From contig CAWDML010000005.1 in the NCBI GenBank assembly GCA_963803435.1, positions 160,001 to 224,000 of the forward strand: a DNA stretch of 64,000 nt. Direction: 5' to 3'. Below the pieces are notes generated by a model. The model was not told where the DNA came from and did not search any database. It was given only the letters and a program-made list of their open reading frames with translations. The position numbers and the translations under genes were made by a program. This DNA is from an uncultured delta proteobacterium. GTDB taxonomy: Bacteria; Myxococcota; Kuafuiibacteriia; Kuafuiibacteriales; Kuafuiibacteriaceae. Positions within the stretch are counted from its first letter, which is position 1. Every line of letters begins with the position of its first letter. Below, piece by piece: positions 48,001 through 59,047 of this stretch.

Positions 48001-50127
48001 TCCCGGCTCGATCCCGGCGACTACACGCTCGCGATCAACCCGGTGGGCGGCGAGTACGGATCGACGGAGGTCGAGGTGCGCGCCCGCGAGGAGGTCGAGC
48101 GGGAGGCCTGGCAGCTCCCGCTGAAGACGCGGGTGGCGGTGGGGCGCCAGGTGCACGTGCACCCGCTCGCGCTGCCCGATGAGGCGCGCTTCCTGGCCGT
48201 GGTCGCCCAATCGAGCGAGACGCTCGGGCTGGTGCTGGAGGAGGAGAGCGATTCGGTGTTCCGGACCGTCGCGACCGCGGTAGGCCGGCCGGCGCGGATC
48301 GAGCTGCCGCTGCCGGCGGGCGCCTCCCACCGTCGCTTCCGGGTGAAGCTCTGGTCGGCGGATGAGCGGAACCTCCCCATCGATGTGGTGGCCGTCGCGA
48401 TCGAGCCGGTCCGGATCGACGAGCGCGCGCTGGCGAGCGGCGAGACAATCGCTCGGACCCGGGACCTCCCGATCGCGGTGGCCGAGGTGGTGCTCGATCG
48501 GCCGGGTACCTTCGCGATGCAGGGCAGCTTGCGATGGGCCTCGAGTGAGCGCGAGGCCGCGCGCACCCCGGTGCGCGGGCTGCTCCATCCGGAGGGGACC
48601 CGCGTGTGGCTGGTGAAGGACGTCGGGCGCCGGGGGAAGGCTCGGTTCGCCGGCCGGCGCGTGGTCCTCGAGAACGGCACGCTCGACTTCGTGCTCGGCG
48701 AGCGCCCGACCGTCGTCGACCTCGCGGGCGAGGGTCCGGCGCTGGTGCGGGTCGAGGTCCCCAAGACGCAACCGGCGGTGTGTGCGACCGGGACGAGCGA
48801 GCGGATCGGCCCGGAGTGCTTCGATGTGGCGTCGCACGGCGCGATCTCGGTCCGGCTCGAGGACGGGCCCGGAGTGGCGCGGATCTGGCCGGCCCGGTCG
48901 GGCGTGCCGGGGCCGTTCGACGCGGCGCTCGAGGTCCGGCACTTCGGGGCGCCGGAGTCCTCAGAGGTCCCCGAGGGCACGCTGTCTCCCGGCCGCGCGC
49001 GTGCGTTCGAGCTGCCCGCCGGGCCCAAGCGTCTGGCGCTATCGCTCGAGGAGGGGACCGTGGCCGTGCTCTCGGAGGGGACGCGGCTCGAGCGGGTGGC
49101 CTGGGCGAACGGTGCCACCGAGATCTTCGAGGGGAGCGGCCGCACGCTGACGCTGCTCAACCCCTCCGCGGACAAGACGACGTTCGCGTTCGAGGTGTTG
49201 CCGCTCGAGGAACGCGCGGCCGCTCGAGGGCTCACGCAACCGTTCGAGCGGACCGCGGTGCGCGCCGGCCGAGAGCAGGTCCTCGTCCCCGCCGGCAAGC
49301 AGGACCGCCGCCTCTACGTGCGCGGCGGTGACGCCGTGTTGATCGGCACCGACGGGACGGTGGATACGCCCGACGGAGAGGGCGCCTTCCTGCTCGGGAG
49401 CGGCGGCGGAGCGCTCCGGATCGATCACGGTGTGGGCCTGGTGATGGCCTGGATCGATCCGCCCGGTGCGTCCGGCGCGGGGCTGTTCGACGCGATGCCT
49501 CCCGCCGCACGCGACGTCTCGATCCCGAGCGTGGTGTCGCTGTCAGGATCGACGACGGCGCTGCGGTTCACCACCGATCGCCCACGGCTGGTGCACGTCC
49601 GCACCGAGGCGCCGGCGGCGGGGCGCTGGATCGCGGGCGGTGCGGATTCTGGGCCGGTGATCCGAGCGCGCGGTGGAACGTACGATCTCTACCTGCCGTC
49701 CGGTCGAGGAACGCTGGTGCTCCGGTCGATCGGCGGCGGCGCGCTCTACGGCTCGGCGGAGGTCACCGCGAGCCCGGTCGATCCGTTGCGAGAGGGCCTC
49801 GGGCCCGAGGTGATGATCGCGCCGGGCGCCGGGCGGGCGTTCGCGTTCCAGATGAAAGCGAAGGGACCGATCGGGATCGGCGTCAGGTCCGACGCGGCGG
49901 ACGTCGAGGCCGTACTTCGCGACGCCCGCGGTCGCTCGATCGGCACCGGCGTGGTCCAGATGCACGAGCTCGAGCGCGGCACCTACGTGCTCGAGGTGTT
50001 CACGCCTCCAGGCGGGCGGCCGGCGCGGGCGCGCCCGGCGCTGGTCGGGCTGGATCGACCGCCGAGCGGGCCGCCGGCCCAGGTCGTCGAGAGCTACCTC
50101 CGCACGGCGGGATATCGGGAGCGCTAA
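45031..50127 (+). CDS. Giant exported beta-rich multidomain protein (1698 aa) of the macroglobulin locus
   Basis: Signal peptide; repeated PPC-like modules (DRGTYRI, EPGLYLV, DRGLYVL, GTGDYQL, EAGQYRL, DPGDYTL, ERGTYVL). Confidence 0.8.
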   Translation: MLSSFILLLAASPSLATPVATLDRSTVPASGRHRVHATIEAFGRYGITVQSEQGVAIQVVDKVAGPGPVFGRPGGEDGRLDAFFDRGTYRILTEGDPKSEGDAKIIVHPYRELEAPAPPALVELKPVDATLGDFEQRSYWIDVTARRRVLLEAAGRNLGDLRIWRDGSWLIEAEPTRDVTEPSVGRPLTVFRMVADFEPGLYLVTSYGGPPLAWAEDDGRHPFHLRFGIPQLPSVVRQRFQVGPLGYDRYLVSGANFFRAELAEAEPLTLEVHASAQPFGGYGGMRAEIAKNTVPPVAELDAGSGSVPWIVTVRGSEGQAYLLQAFASTWYTAIPKGGDYWVSSVHAGHAEDSIDATAIVVDAGEKYRPLVTQAVNLGSAGWARRFNLLEQATVFLDVQTAGAYRITGQGGATATYQIEPFLVTRPPEYKSPPFKSSGSDWELDRGLYVLTLEPSKKGVLEVTLAKNGFFSRQPDRAPPRPQVRFERFRFEGNAWIYLNRQPGVRVGVMARSIPIDLRDPLAVTQSPGETVEVPAQIAEEGVLSAQAEDGALLELSVDGGAWVRSARPAAGPHTVRVRIAGAHPVAYSLGLRVRRLEPDVPLPALPDARLATVPDFTELEDGKPRWFDLERTSERSFLVHARAPGLFRLESTGLLATEGNLRTRVVTSMLRAGQNGVGRNFLVQQYVGTGDYQLTVRTLGLTKGHLGLRLKRTPEDGGGSLIDGIPARATLPAGHAIVYPFRIGKHGRYRLRAIGRDRTLRCRLEDADGWPIVEPNVEAAFDRDFEAGQYRLVVLPEAVDLRVVALLERIDPPIGFEGHGPHHIALDQVVEHEWVESARSSASKPETRERDVWVFEVPAALEASIELGGKMHGDLIRVGKNGAREKVAYVPPLRGWTGKLAPGEHRLEIMNLHEGSDVPYTLVIRPVPMAVGLTRTIAAPAVLPLAIGARGLIEVSSFGPSDVEARLIDGQGRTVAKSDDRPDDWNFHIASRLDPGDYTLAINPVGGEYGSTEVEVRAREEVEREAWQLPLKTRVAVGRQVHVHPLALPDEARFLAVVAQSSETLGLVLEEESDSVFRTVATAVGRPARIELPLPAGASHRRFRVKLWSADERNLPIDVVAVAIEPVRIDERALASGETIARTRDLPIAVAEVVLDRPGTFAMQGSLRWASSEREAARTPVRGLLHPEGTRVWLVKDVGRRGKARFAGRRVVLENGTLDFVLGERPTVVDLAGEGPALVRVEVPKTQPAVCATGTSERIGPECFDVASHGAISVRLEDGPGVARIWPARSGVPGPFDAALEVRHFGAPESSEVPEGTLSPGRARAFELPAGPKRLALSLEEGTVAVLSEGTRLERVAWANGATEIFEGSGRTLTLLNPSADKTTFAFEVLPLEERAAARGLTQPFERTAVRAGREQVLVPAGKQDRRLYVRGGDAVLIGTDGTVDTPDGEGAFLLGSGGGALRIDHGVGLVMAWIDPPGASGAGLFDAMPPAARDVSIPSVVSLSGSTTALRFTTDRPRLVHVRTEAPAAGRWIAGGADSGPVIRARGGTYDLYLPSGRGTLVLRSIGGGALYGSAEVTASPVDPLREGLGPEVMIAPGAGRAFAFQMKAKGPIGIGVRSDAADVEAVLRDARGRSIGTGVVQMHELERGTYVLEVFTPPGGRPARARPALVGLDRPPSGPPAQVVESYLRTAGYRER

Positions 50128-50130
50128 GCC

Positions 50131-53100
50131 ATGAAACGAGGCCACGTACTACTCATCGCCACCGCCCTGGTCCTCCTCGGGGTGCTGCACGGGCTCTCCA
50201 TCGCGACCACGCCCGATCACGCCCATCCCGGCTCGAACGGGATCGTGGTCGTGCCCGAGCGCTTCCTGCGGAGGTGGGATCCAGTCACGATCTTCTTCCC
50301 CAAGGCGGCCGGCAAGCCGGGCCCCGAGGACCACCCGGAGCGCTGGCTGACGATGACCCCGGAGCAGCCGGGCGCGTACACCTGGCTCGACGGCTCGACG
50401 TTGCAGTTCCGGCCGGCCGAGCCGTGGCCGGCTCTCTCGCGGATCACGATCGCGATCGAGAAGCGCGACAGCTTCACGCTGGCGACGCTGATGAACCCGC
50501 CCTCGCAGGCGATCCCGAGCGACGGCGCCGACGACCTGGAGCCGGTCGAGGCGATTACGCTGACCTTCCCCGAACCGATCGACACGGAGGCCCTGGCGCG
50601 GATGACGCGCATCGAGCTCCGCCCGCGGCCCGGTCTCGACGCGACCGGCGCGCGCTGGCTCGACCGCGAGGACTTCGCGGTGAAGACGATGGAGCGGGGC
50701 TCCCCCAGCGATCCGGCGACGTACGTGCTCCAGCTCGAGGAGCCGATCCCCGAGAGCACGCGGGCAATCGTGCGCTTCCAGCTCTCCCTCGACGACGGCG
50801 GCGCCGAGTCCTTCTCCGAGGTCTCGTTCTCCACGCTGGAGGCGTTCCGCGTGCTCTCCTTCGGATGCCGCGGCCACCGCCTCCCGGTGACGCCCGCAGG
50901 CACGACGTACACGGACGAGCAGGCAATCGCGTGCTCCTCGTCCTCGCGCTCGCTCGAGGAATCGAGCTCTCGAGCGAGCCGAGCGCGCTCAATCCGGTCA
51001 TCGCTCGCAACCTGATCCGCTTCACGCCCGCGGTCGAGAACGTCGAGTTCCGCGCCGGAGGGCGCGCGATCGTCGTGTCGGGTCGCTTCGAGCCGGAGAA
51101 GCGCTATCAGCTCTCGATCCACCCTACGGCGCTCACCGACACCCGCGGGCGGCTGCTCGACCTCGAGGGCGCCAGCCGGATGTCCTTCTACTATCCGAGG
51201 AAGCCGAAGTACCTCACCTGGCAGCGGAGCTCCGGGACGGTGGAGCGGTTCGGCCCGCAGTCGGTGCCGATGGACGGCCGTGGCTTCGACCGCGCCGACC
51301 TCCGCATCTATGCCATCGACGCGCTCGATCGAACGTGGTGGCCCTTCCCGGCACGCGCGGTCTCGGTGGACGAGTCGCAGCGTCCGCCCGGTCCGGGCGA
51401 GGAGCCCGACCGCCGGATCGAGCCCTACTACACGCCGTCGATGGACTCGGTGAAGGCGCACCTGACCGCGCTGGGATCGCCGCTGTTGTCGCGCATCGTC
51501 GATCTCCCGATCGATCGCAAGGGCAGCGCGCACACCTTCGGGCTCGACCTCGCGCCGTATCTGACCGCGCTCTCCGGCAAGGAGCGACCCGGCCACTATC
51601 TCGTCGGGGTGCGCCGGCTGGACGGATCGTCCGAGCGCTCCTGGATGCGGCTCGAGGTGACCGACCTGTCACTGTCGGTGGTCGAGGAGCCGCGGGAGGT
51701 CCGCTTCTTCGTCACCAGCCTGCGGAGCGGGAAGCCCGTCGCGGGCGCGCACGTCCGGGTCGAGGGCGTGTTCGCCCAGGACGGGAGCTCGCGATGGGAG
51801 ACGTTCTTCGAGGGCACGAGCGATGAGGCGGGGGCGGCCCGATGGACCCCGCCCGGCGCGGTGCCGCGGGTGTCGCGGACGCTCCGGCGCGTCACGGTGG
51901 AGAAGGACGGCGACGTCATGCTGATCGATCCGGATCGTCCGCCGGAGCGATTCCAGAACGATCGCTGGCAGCGAGGGCGAAGCGGTGGGTGGCTGGCGTG
52001 GACGGTCAACCAGTCGCTCTCCTCCCGCGGGGCGCACGAGCAGACGTTGTGCCACATCTTTACCGAGCGCCCGGTGTATCGGCCCGAGGACCAGGTGCAC
52101 ATCGCCGGGTACGTGCGGACGCGATACCAGGGCGCGATCCGGTCGGCCTCGGGCGCGTACCAGGTCGAGATCCGCGGCTCGGGCGATCAATCGTGGAGCG
52201 CGCCGATCGATCTCACGAGCGGCGGCGCCTTCCATCATGTCTTCAGCGAGGCCAATCTCCCGACCGGGATGTACACCGCCACGCTGATGACCGCGATGCG
52301 CGGCTACCTCTGCCAGGTGCCGTTCCGCATGGAGGCGTACCGCATCCCCACGTTCGAGGTGCGCCTGTTCGCGAGCGACGAGGTGCCGATCGATCAGGCT
52401 TTCGATGTCACGCTCACCGGGAGCTACTACGCGGGCGGGCCGGTGGCCGGACGTCCGGTGCGGTGGCGGGTGACGCAGTTTCCGTACACGTGGTCGCCCC
52501 CGCGGCCGCTCCCGGGCTTCGTCTACTCCACCGACAGCCGGTACTCCCGGATGGGGACGTTCCAGTCGACGCCGGCCCTCGGGCGCGAGGCGACCACCGA
52601 CGAGCGCGGCGGCGCTTCGCTCGATCTCAACCCTGCCGTCGAGCCGACCGCCCAGCCGCGCACCTACGTGGTGGAGGCGACGATCACCGGTGCCGACGAC
52701 CAGACCGTCACCGCGACGAAGCAGGTCCGCGCGATCCCGCCCTTCGTGCTGGGGCTGAAGGCGCCGCGGTTCCTGGAGCGGGCCGATCGGATCCGGCCGG
52801 AGATCGTGATGGTCGACGCGAAGGGCCAACCGATCGCCGGCCAGGAGGTGACGGTGCGGCTGATCCACAGAGCCTGGCACTCGCACCTCCAGGCGAGCGA
52901 CTTCTCCGACGGCGCCGCCAAGTACATCACGGACGTGGTCGACGAGAAGCTACTCGAGAAGAAGGCCACCACGAAGTCCGCGCCCATCCCGATCGATCTC
53001 CCGATCGAAGAGACCGGCGTATACCTGGTGGAGCTCGAGGCGCGCGATCGGCTGGGGCGCGCCCAGGTGGTGGCGGTGGATCTCTTCGCCGCCGGCGATC

Positions 53101-55925
53101 AGCCGATGAGCTGGAAGAAGCCGGAGGATCGGGTCTTCGAGGTCGACAGCGATCGCGACGCGTACGACCCGGGAGAGACCGCGAAGTTCGTGCTCCAGAG
53201 CCCGTTCCAGTCGGCGCGCGCGCTGGTGGTCGTCGAGGGGCCGGAGAAGAACGATTACCGGTGGCTCGACGTCGAGAAGGGCGTCGCCACGTTCTCTCAC
53301 GCAGTGGCGAGAAACGAGGTGCCGCGCCTCCCGGTGCACTTCGTGCTCATGCGTGGGCGCATTGGTTCCGCAGGGCCGATCCAGGGGACCGACCTCGGCA
53401 AGCCGATCACGATGGCGGCGACCAAGTGGATCACGGTGAACCCGGTGGAGCACCGGGTCGAGGTCGCGCTCGAGCACGCGGAGAAGGCGCAGCCCGGGCA
53501 GAAGGTCCAGATGAAGATCAGCCTCAGCGATACGAAGAAGCGTCCGCTCTCCGGAGAGGTGATACTGTGGCTGGTCGATCAAGCGGTGCTGGCGCTGGGG
53601 ACCGAGCAGGCGCTCGATCCGCTGCCCGCGTTCATCACGCCGGTGCAGACGTACCTGACCGTGGGCGACACCCGGAACGGCGTGTTCGGCCGGCTGCCGC
53701 TGGTCGAGAACCCGGGCGGCGATACCGGCGAGGAGGAGAAGGAGGCCGGACCCGAGGGGCTGCTCGACAAGGTCACGGTGCGGAAGAACTTCGAGTCGGT
53801 ACCGGTGTTCCTGCCGGCGGTGAAGGTGGGGCCGAGCGGCCAGACGACCGTGACGATCACGCTCCCTGACAACCTCACCAACTTCAAGGTGCGCGCGAAG
53901 GCGGTCAGCGGGATGGACCGCTTCGGCTCGGCGAAGAGCACCATCGCGGTCCGGCTCCCGGTGATCGTGCAGCCTGCGCTGCCGCGGTTCGTCCGCAGCG
54001 GTGACCGGGTGACCGCGGGCGGGCTGGCGCGGGTGGTCGAGGGCGAGGGCGGCCCGGGGAGCGCCGAGATCTCGGTGAAGGGCGCCCGCGTGCAGGGGAG
54101 CCGGGCGGGCACGATCGAGCTGGTCCAGAACCGACCGCTCCCGCTGCGCTTCCCGCTGGTGATCGACTCGCCGCTGTTCGAGCGCGATCCAAAGAAGCAC
54201 CCACATCTGTCCGTCACCCTCGGCGTGGAGCGCAAGAAGGACGGCGCCAAGGACGCATTCTCGGTGATGGTGCCGCTCGAGCCGGACCGCGGCGTCGAGC
54301 GGCGGCGGATCATGGAGACGCTCGCCGTGGGACAGCGGCTGCAGATCGAAGGGCTGCAGGAGCCGATCCGCGAGGGGACCGGGCGGCGAACGGTGTTGAT
54401 CTCGGATCAGCCGGCGCTGGTGCGAATGGCGGCCGGGCTCGACTTCCTGCTCGAGTATCCGCACGGCACCACCGAGGCGCGGGTGAGCCGGGCGCGGGCC
54501 TTCCTGGCGGCGAAGCAGCTCCACGACGTGGTGGCGCTTCCGGTGGACGACGAGACCATCGATCGGGGCGTCGACGAGACGCTGGCGTGGATCGGACAGG
54601 TGATCGACGCGAACGGGTTGTGCTCGTACTGGCCGGGGTCGAGGGGCTACGTGTCGCTGACGGCGTGGGTGCTCGACTTCATGGTGGAGGCCGAGCGCTC
54701 GGGACACCGCGTGGACCCGCAGGTCCGCCAGACGCTGATGGCCTCGCTCGAGCGGGCCCTCCGGTCCGACTACGCGTACTTCATCAGCGGCGAGGTCTGG
54801 GCGGAGCGTGTCTACGCACTGGAGGCGCTGGCCCACGCCGGCCGCTTCACGCCAGCGTATGCGGCGGAGCTGGCGCGCAAGGCGGACTATCTGAACCTCG
54901 AGAGCACGGCCGGTGTGGTGCAGGCGTTCCTGGCGGCGGGCAAGCGCAGCGACGCCGCGATCGATCCGCTGAGCAGGCGGATGTGGGACGGCCTCATCTT
55001 CCGGTTGCACCAAGGCAAGGAGATCTACGGCGGCCTCCAGGAGCGCCACGGCGCGCGCTCGTCGCTGATCCTCCCCAGCGAGACCCGCACGGTGGCCGAG
55101 ATGGTTCGGGCGCTGGATCTCGTCGACGGCAAGCAGGAGAAGCTGCGGCTGTTGACCGACGCGCTCGTGACGCTGGGCCGGGACGACGGCTGGGGCACCA
55201 CCAACGCGAACGCTTCGGCGATGCTGGCGCTGGCGCAGCGGTTCGACGCGAGTCGCGAGACGGAGTCGCATCGGGTGGTGGTGAAGGTCGGCGGCAAGAG
55301 CCAGACGCTCGAGCTGGGACCAAAGCAGCACTTCGCACGATGGTCCACCGATCGGATCGAGCCGATGGAGATTGCGGTGAGCGGAGGGACGGAGCCGGTG
55401 ATCGTTCGCATCGAGACCAGCTGCGTGCCGAAGGCGCCCGGCAGCGCGATCGAGCCGGAGTCGCGCGGGTTCGTGGTGACCCGCGAGCAGCTCCGGGTGA
55501 AGGAGGGCGGGCCGCCGGAGCGGATCCGGATCGAGGAGGCGTCGAAGACGATCGCGCTCGCGATCGGCGATGTCGTCGAGGAGCACGTGCAGGTGGTGAA
55601 CCCGAAGGACCGCCACTACGCGGCGATCTCGGTGCCCCTGGCGGCGGGAATGGAGCCCCTCAACGCCAGCCTGGCCACGGCGCCCCCGGAGGCGCGCCCG
55701 ACCGGCCGCAACACGGCCGCGCCGACGTACCTGGCGTTCCTCGACGACCGCGTCACCTACTACTTCGACACGCTGCCCAAGGGGACCTACGACTTCTACT
55801 TCCGCACGCGCGCCCAGAGCGAGGGGACCTTCACGCAGCCGCCGGCGACGGGCGAGATGCTGTACGACAATACGGTGGCGGGGCGCTCGCCGGGCGCCCG
55901 CGTGGTGGTGACGAGGAAGGAGTAG
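50131..55925 (+). CDS. Bacterial alpha-2-macroglobulin lacking the thioester motif (frameshift near 50960)
   Basis: FTERPVYRP, LPDNLT.FKVRA, PRFVRSGD, PLAAGMEP, DDRV, GTFTQPPA..EMLY; YPHGTTEA where YPYGCxEQ is expected. Confidence 0.9.
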
Positions 55926-58241
55926 ATGAAGCGCCGCCTCCTTCAGGCGCTGCTCGTCTGCGCCCTTGGCCTCTCGATCTACGGCGCCTCGCTGATGGTG
56001 GAGGCGTCCGGGCGGGCGCATCTCCGGGCGCCGCCGCCGACGCTGATCCTGCTCGATCGACACGATCGGTTCCTGGCGGAGGTAGCTCGCCGGAGCTCGC
56101 TGCGCGCTCCGCTTGCCGGCCGGAGCGACGAGCTCGGGTACTGGCCCGTCGATCCGATCCCGACGCGGGTGGCGGACGCGATGATCGCGATCGAGGACAA
56201 GAACTTCTGGGGTCACCGCGGCGTGGATATGCAAGCCATCCTGCGGGCGGTTTGGCAGAACCTGAGCACCGGGCGGCGGATCTCGGGGGCCTCCACCATC
56301 GCGATGCAGGTGGCCCGGATGCAGGATCCCGAGCCGCGCACGCTCCGGAACAAGGCGGTGGAGGCGCTGACGGCGATGCTCCTGGTGGAGCGCTACGGGC
56401 GGGAGCGGGTGATGGCGCAGTACCTCCGGATCGCGCCCTACGGGAGCTCGACCCGCGGGATCGCGTTTGCGGCGCGCCGGTACTTCGACAAGCCGGTCGC
56501 GGATCTGAGCTGGGCCGAGATCGGCTTTTTGGCGGCGATCCCGCAGTCGCCCTCCCGCATGAACCCGTACCAGCAAAAGGGCCGGAAGCGCGCGATCGCC
56601 CGCGGTCGGCGGATCCTGGATCTCCTGCGGCGTGCGGGCGTGATGTCGGAGGACGAGCGCGCCCTGGCGGAGGCCCAGATCCGGACCCTCTCGATCCCGC
56701 GCCGGCCGGCTCGGCCGGAGTGTGCGATACATGCGGTCCTTCGTCTGGAGCGCGAGCTCGCGGGCGCCGTGGTGGAGGCGCCGATCGTGCGGACCACGCT
56801 CGATCTCGACCTCATGGAGCAGCTCTACGACGTGCTCGACGAGTCGGTGCATCACCTCGCGCCGAACGGGGCGAACAACGCCGCCATGGTGATCGCAGAT
56901 CGCGACACGTCGGAGGTGGTGGCGTATCTCGGATCGGTCGACTGGTTCGATCCGTCGCGCGCCGGCGCGATCGACTTCGCCGGCACGCCCCGCCCCAGCG
57001 GCAGCACGCTCAAGCCCTTCGTGTACGCCCTCGCACTCGACCGCGGCGTGATCACGCCCGCAACGGTGCTCGACGATCTCTTCCGCGCCCGCGGCGGGAT
57101 CAGCAACGCCGACGATTGCTTTCTCGGCCCGCTCCTGCCGCGCGTCGCGCTCGCCAACTCGCGCAACGTACCGGCCGCCAACCTCACCGAGGATGTGGGC
57201 CTGCACCCGGTCTACGATGTCTTGGCCGCGCTCCAGCTCCACCACCGCGAGCGTCCGGTTGAGCACTACGGCGTGGGCGTGACGGTCGGTCTCCTGCCGG
57301 TGACGCTCTTCGACCTGGTCTCGGCGTACACGGCCCTCGCCTCCGACGGCCGCCTGCGACCGCTCCGCTTCCTCCCGGGTGAACGGGAGGCGCGCCGGAT
57401 CTTCTCGACGGCCGCCGCCCGGCAGGTCACCGGCTTCCTCGCCGATCCGCTGGCGCGGCTTCCCACCTTCCCGCGCATGGGGACCAGCGAGTATCCGTTC
57501 CCGGTCGCGCTCAAGACCGGGACCTCGCAGGGCTATCGGGACGCGTGGACGGTGGCGTACACGCGCCGCTACCTGATCGGCGTCTGGATCGGCCGCGCCG
57601 ACGCCCGGCCGATGCACCGCGTGGGCGGTATGTCGGCGGCGGCGATCGCGCGGAGGGCCGTCGCCCTGCTGCACGCCGGCGACTTCGACGGCCTCCACGA
57701 TTTCTCGTTCCCTCCACCGGAGGGCGAGACGCCCGTGCGCATCTGCGCGCTCTCGGGCAAGGTGGCGACGCACGCCTGCGAGCACACGTTCGTCGAGTAC
57801 TTCCCGAAGGGCGAGGAGCCCCTGGAGACGTGCGACGTCCACGTGCCGGTGGCGGTGGGCCCGGGCGAGGTCCGCACCTTCGTCCGCCTCCCCGCGCGCT
57901 TCGCCGAGTGGGCCCGGGATTGAGGGCTCGAGGGCCCGCCGGCCGTGTTCGATCCCGGCGAGCACGAGGCGCCCGCGCCGAAGATCCTCCGCCCCGAGGC
58001 GGGGGCCCGGATCATCCGTGATCCCGAGGTTCCGCTCGAGCAGGCCACGCTGGCGCTGGCGGCCGCGGTCGACCCGGAGGTTCGCGAGCTGGTCTGGTCC
58101 GTGGACGGTCGGCCCTTCGCGATTGTCGGCCCGCCCTTCGCGGTGCGCTGGCCGCTCCAACCGGGGGCGCACGTCTTCGAGGCGAAGGTGCCCTACCTCA
58201 CCCACGCGGCCTCGACGGTCTCGGTGCTGGTGGAGCCTTGA
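55926..58241 (+). CDS. pbpC: Penicillin-binding protein 1C (in-frame TGA at 57921, probably a sequence error)
   Basis: EDKNFWGHRGVD, GASTIAMQVAR, GSTLKPF, SRN, KTGTS; C-terminal BiPBP-like WSVDG..WPLQPGAH continues in frame. Confidence 0.9.
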
Positions 58242-58275
58242 ACGGCCGGCGGAGGTCTTGTACACCCGGTCCTCG

Positions 58276-58492
58276 ATGACCGCCGCGGAGACGCGCTTCT
58301 GGAAGAAATGCTCGATCTGCAAGAAGGAGATCGGCTTCGGCGTCGAGTACAACGTCTGCAGCGTGTCCACCTGCAATCGCAAGCGGACCGGGCTGGTGTT
58401 CTGTAGCGTCGAGTGCTGGGACGCACACCTCGGGATGGCGCGTCACCGCGAGGCGTGGGCGGAGGATTCGGACGGCGCCGGCCGGTCCGTAG
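58276..58492 (+). CDS. Stand-alone Cys-rich zinc finger resembling the ZZ-histone N-terminal domain (one probable indel near 3' end)
   Basis: WKKCSICKKEIGFG..Y.VCSVSTCNRKRTGLVFCSVECWDAHL...RHREAWAE; removing one T near 58468 gives EDRTAPAGP-stop. Confidence 0.65.
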
Positions 58493-58578
58493 GGCCCACC
58501 TCCACCCGGTCACAATCTCAGACCGGGCCGAGTCCAATTCCTCGAGACCCGGCGGAGGCGTCGGGATGGAGGAGATTG

Positions 58579-59037
58579 ATGCTACCCAAAACGTTCTATC
58601 TGGCAGTGGTGGTGGCCGCCGGCGGCCTCGTTCTCTCGGCGGTGGCCGCGGATCGACGCGTGCCGGTCACGTCGGATGCGAGCGAGCTGAAGTGGACGCC
58701 CCTGGCGCCGGAGCTCGGGGACAAGGGCCCGCAGATCTCGGTCGTCTTCGGCGACCTCGCGAAGGGCCCCGTGGGTCTCCTCCTCAAGGAGCCGCCGGGC
58801 GCGCACGCGGAGCCGCACACGCATTCATCGGACTACTGGGCGGTGGTGGTGAAGGGGACGGCGACGGACTTCCTGCCCGGGCAACTGGATCGCGCGAAGC
58901 GTCTCCCTCCCGGGTCGACGTGGATGCAACCGGCCAAGCAGGCGCACGACAACACCTGCGAGAGCACGTCGGAGTGCGTGGTGTTCGTCTATTTCCCGAA
59001 CGGCTTCGACATGAAGCCGGTGCGCAGCAGCATGTAG
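58579..59037 (+). CDS. Exported cupin protein (DUF4437-like)
   Basis: GGAGGAG RBS; signal peptide; PHTHSSDY.AVVVKG, PGSTWMQP...HDNTC. Confidence 0.8.
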   Translation: MLPKTFYLAVVVAAGGLVLSAVAADRRVPVTSDASELKWTPLAPELGDKGPQISVVFGDLAKGPVGLLLKEPPGAHAEPHTHSSDYWAVVVKGTATDFLPGQLDRAKRLPPGSTWMQPAKQAHDNTCESTSECVVFVYFPNGFDMKPVRSSM

Positions 59038-59047
59038 CGGGCTGACG

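Noticed and set aside
57918-57932. In-frame TGA in pbpC as selenocysteine or readthrough
   Set aside because: GATTGAGGGCTC is explained by compensating indels in GAT GAG GGG CTC (Asp-Glu-Gly-Leu); non-catalytic linker position and no SECIS recognised
52950-58382. Very long antisense ORFs (1810 aa here; also 44905..48942, 10460..13072, 31025..32815)
   Set aside because: Shadow frames of real genes in high-GC DNA; Arg/Ala/Gly-rich with no motifs
58018-59037. 339-aa zinc finger-cupin fusion ORF
   Set aside because: The internal cupin has its own RBS and signal peptide; one indel restores a separate stop at 58490-58492
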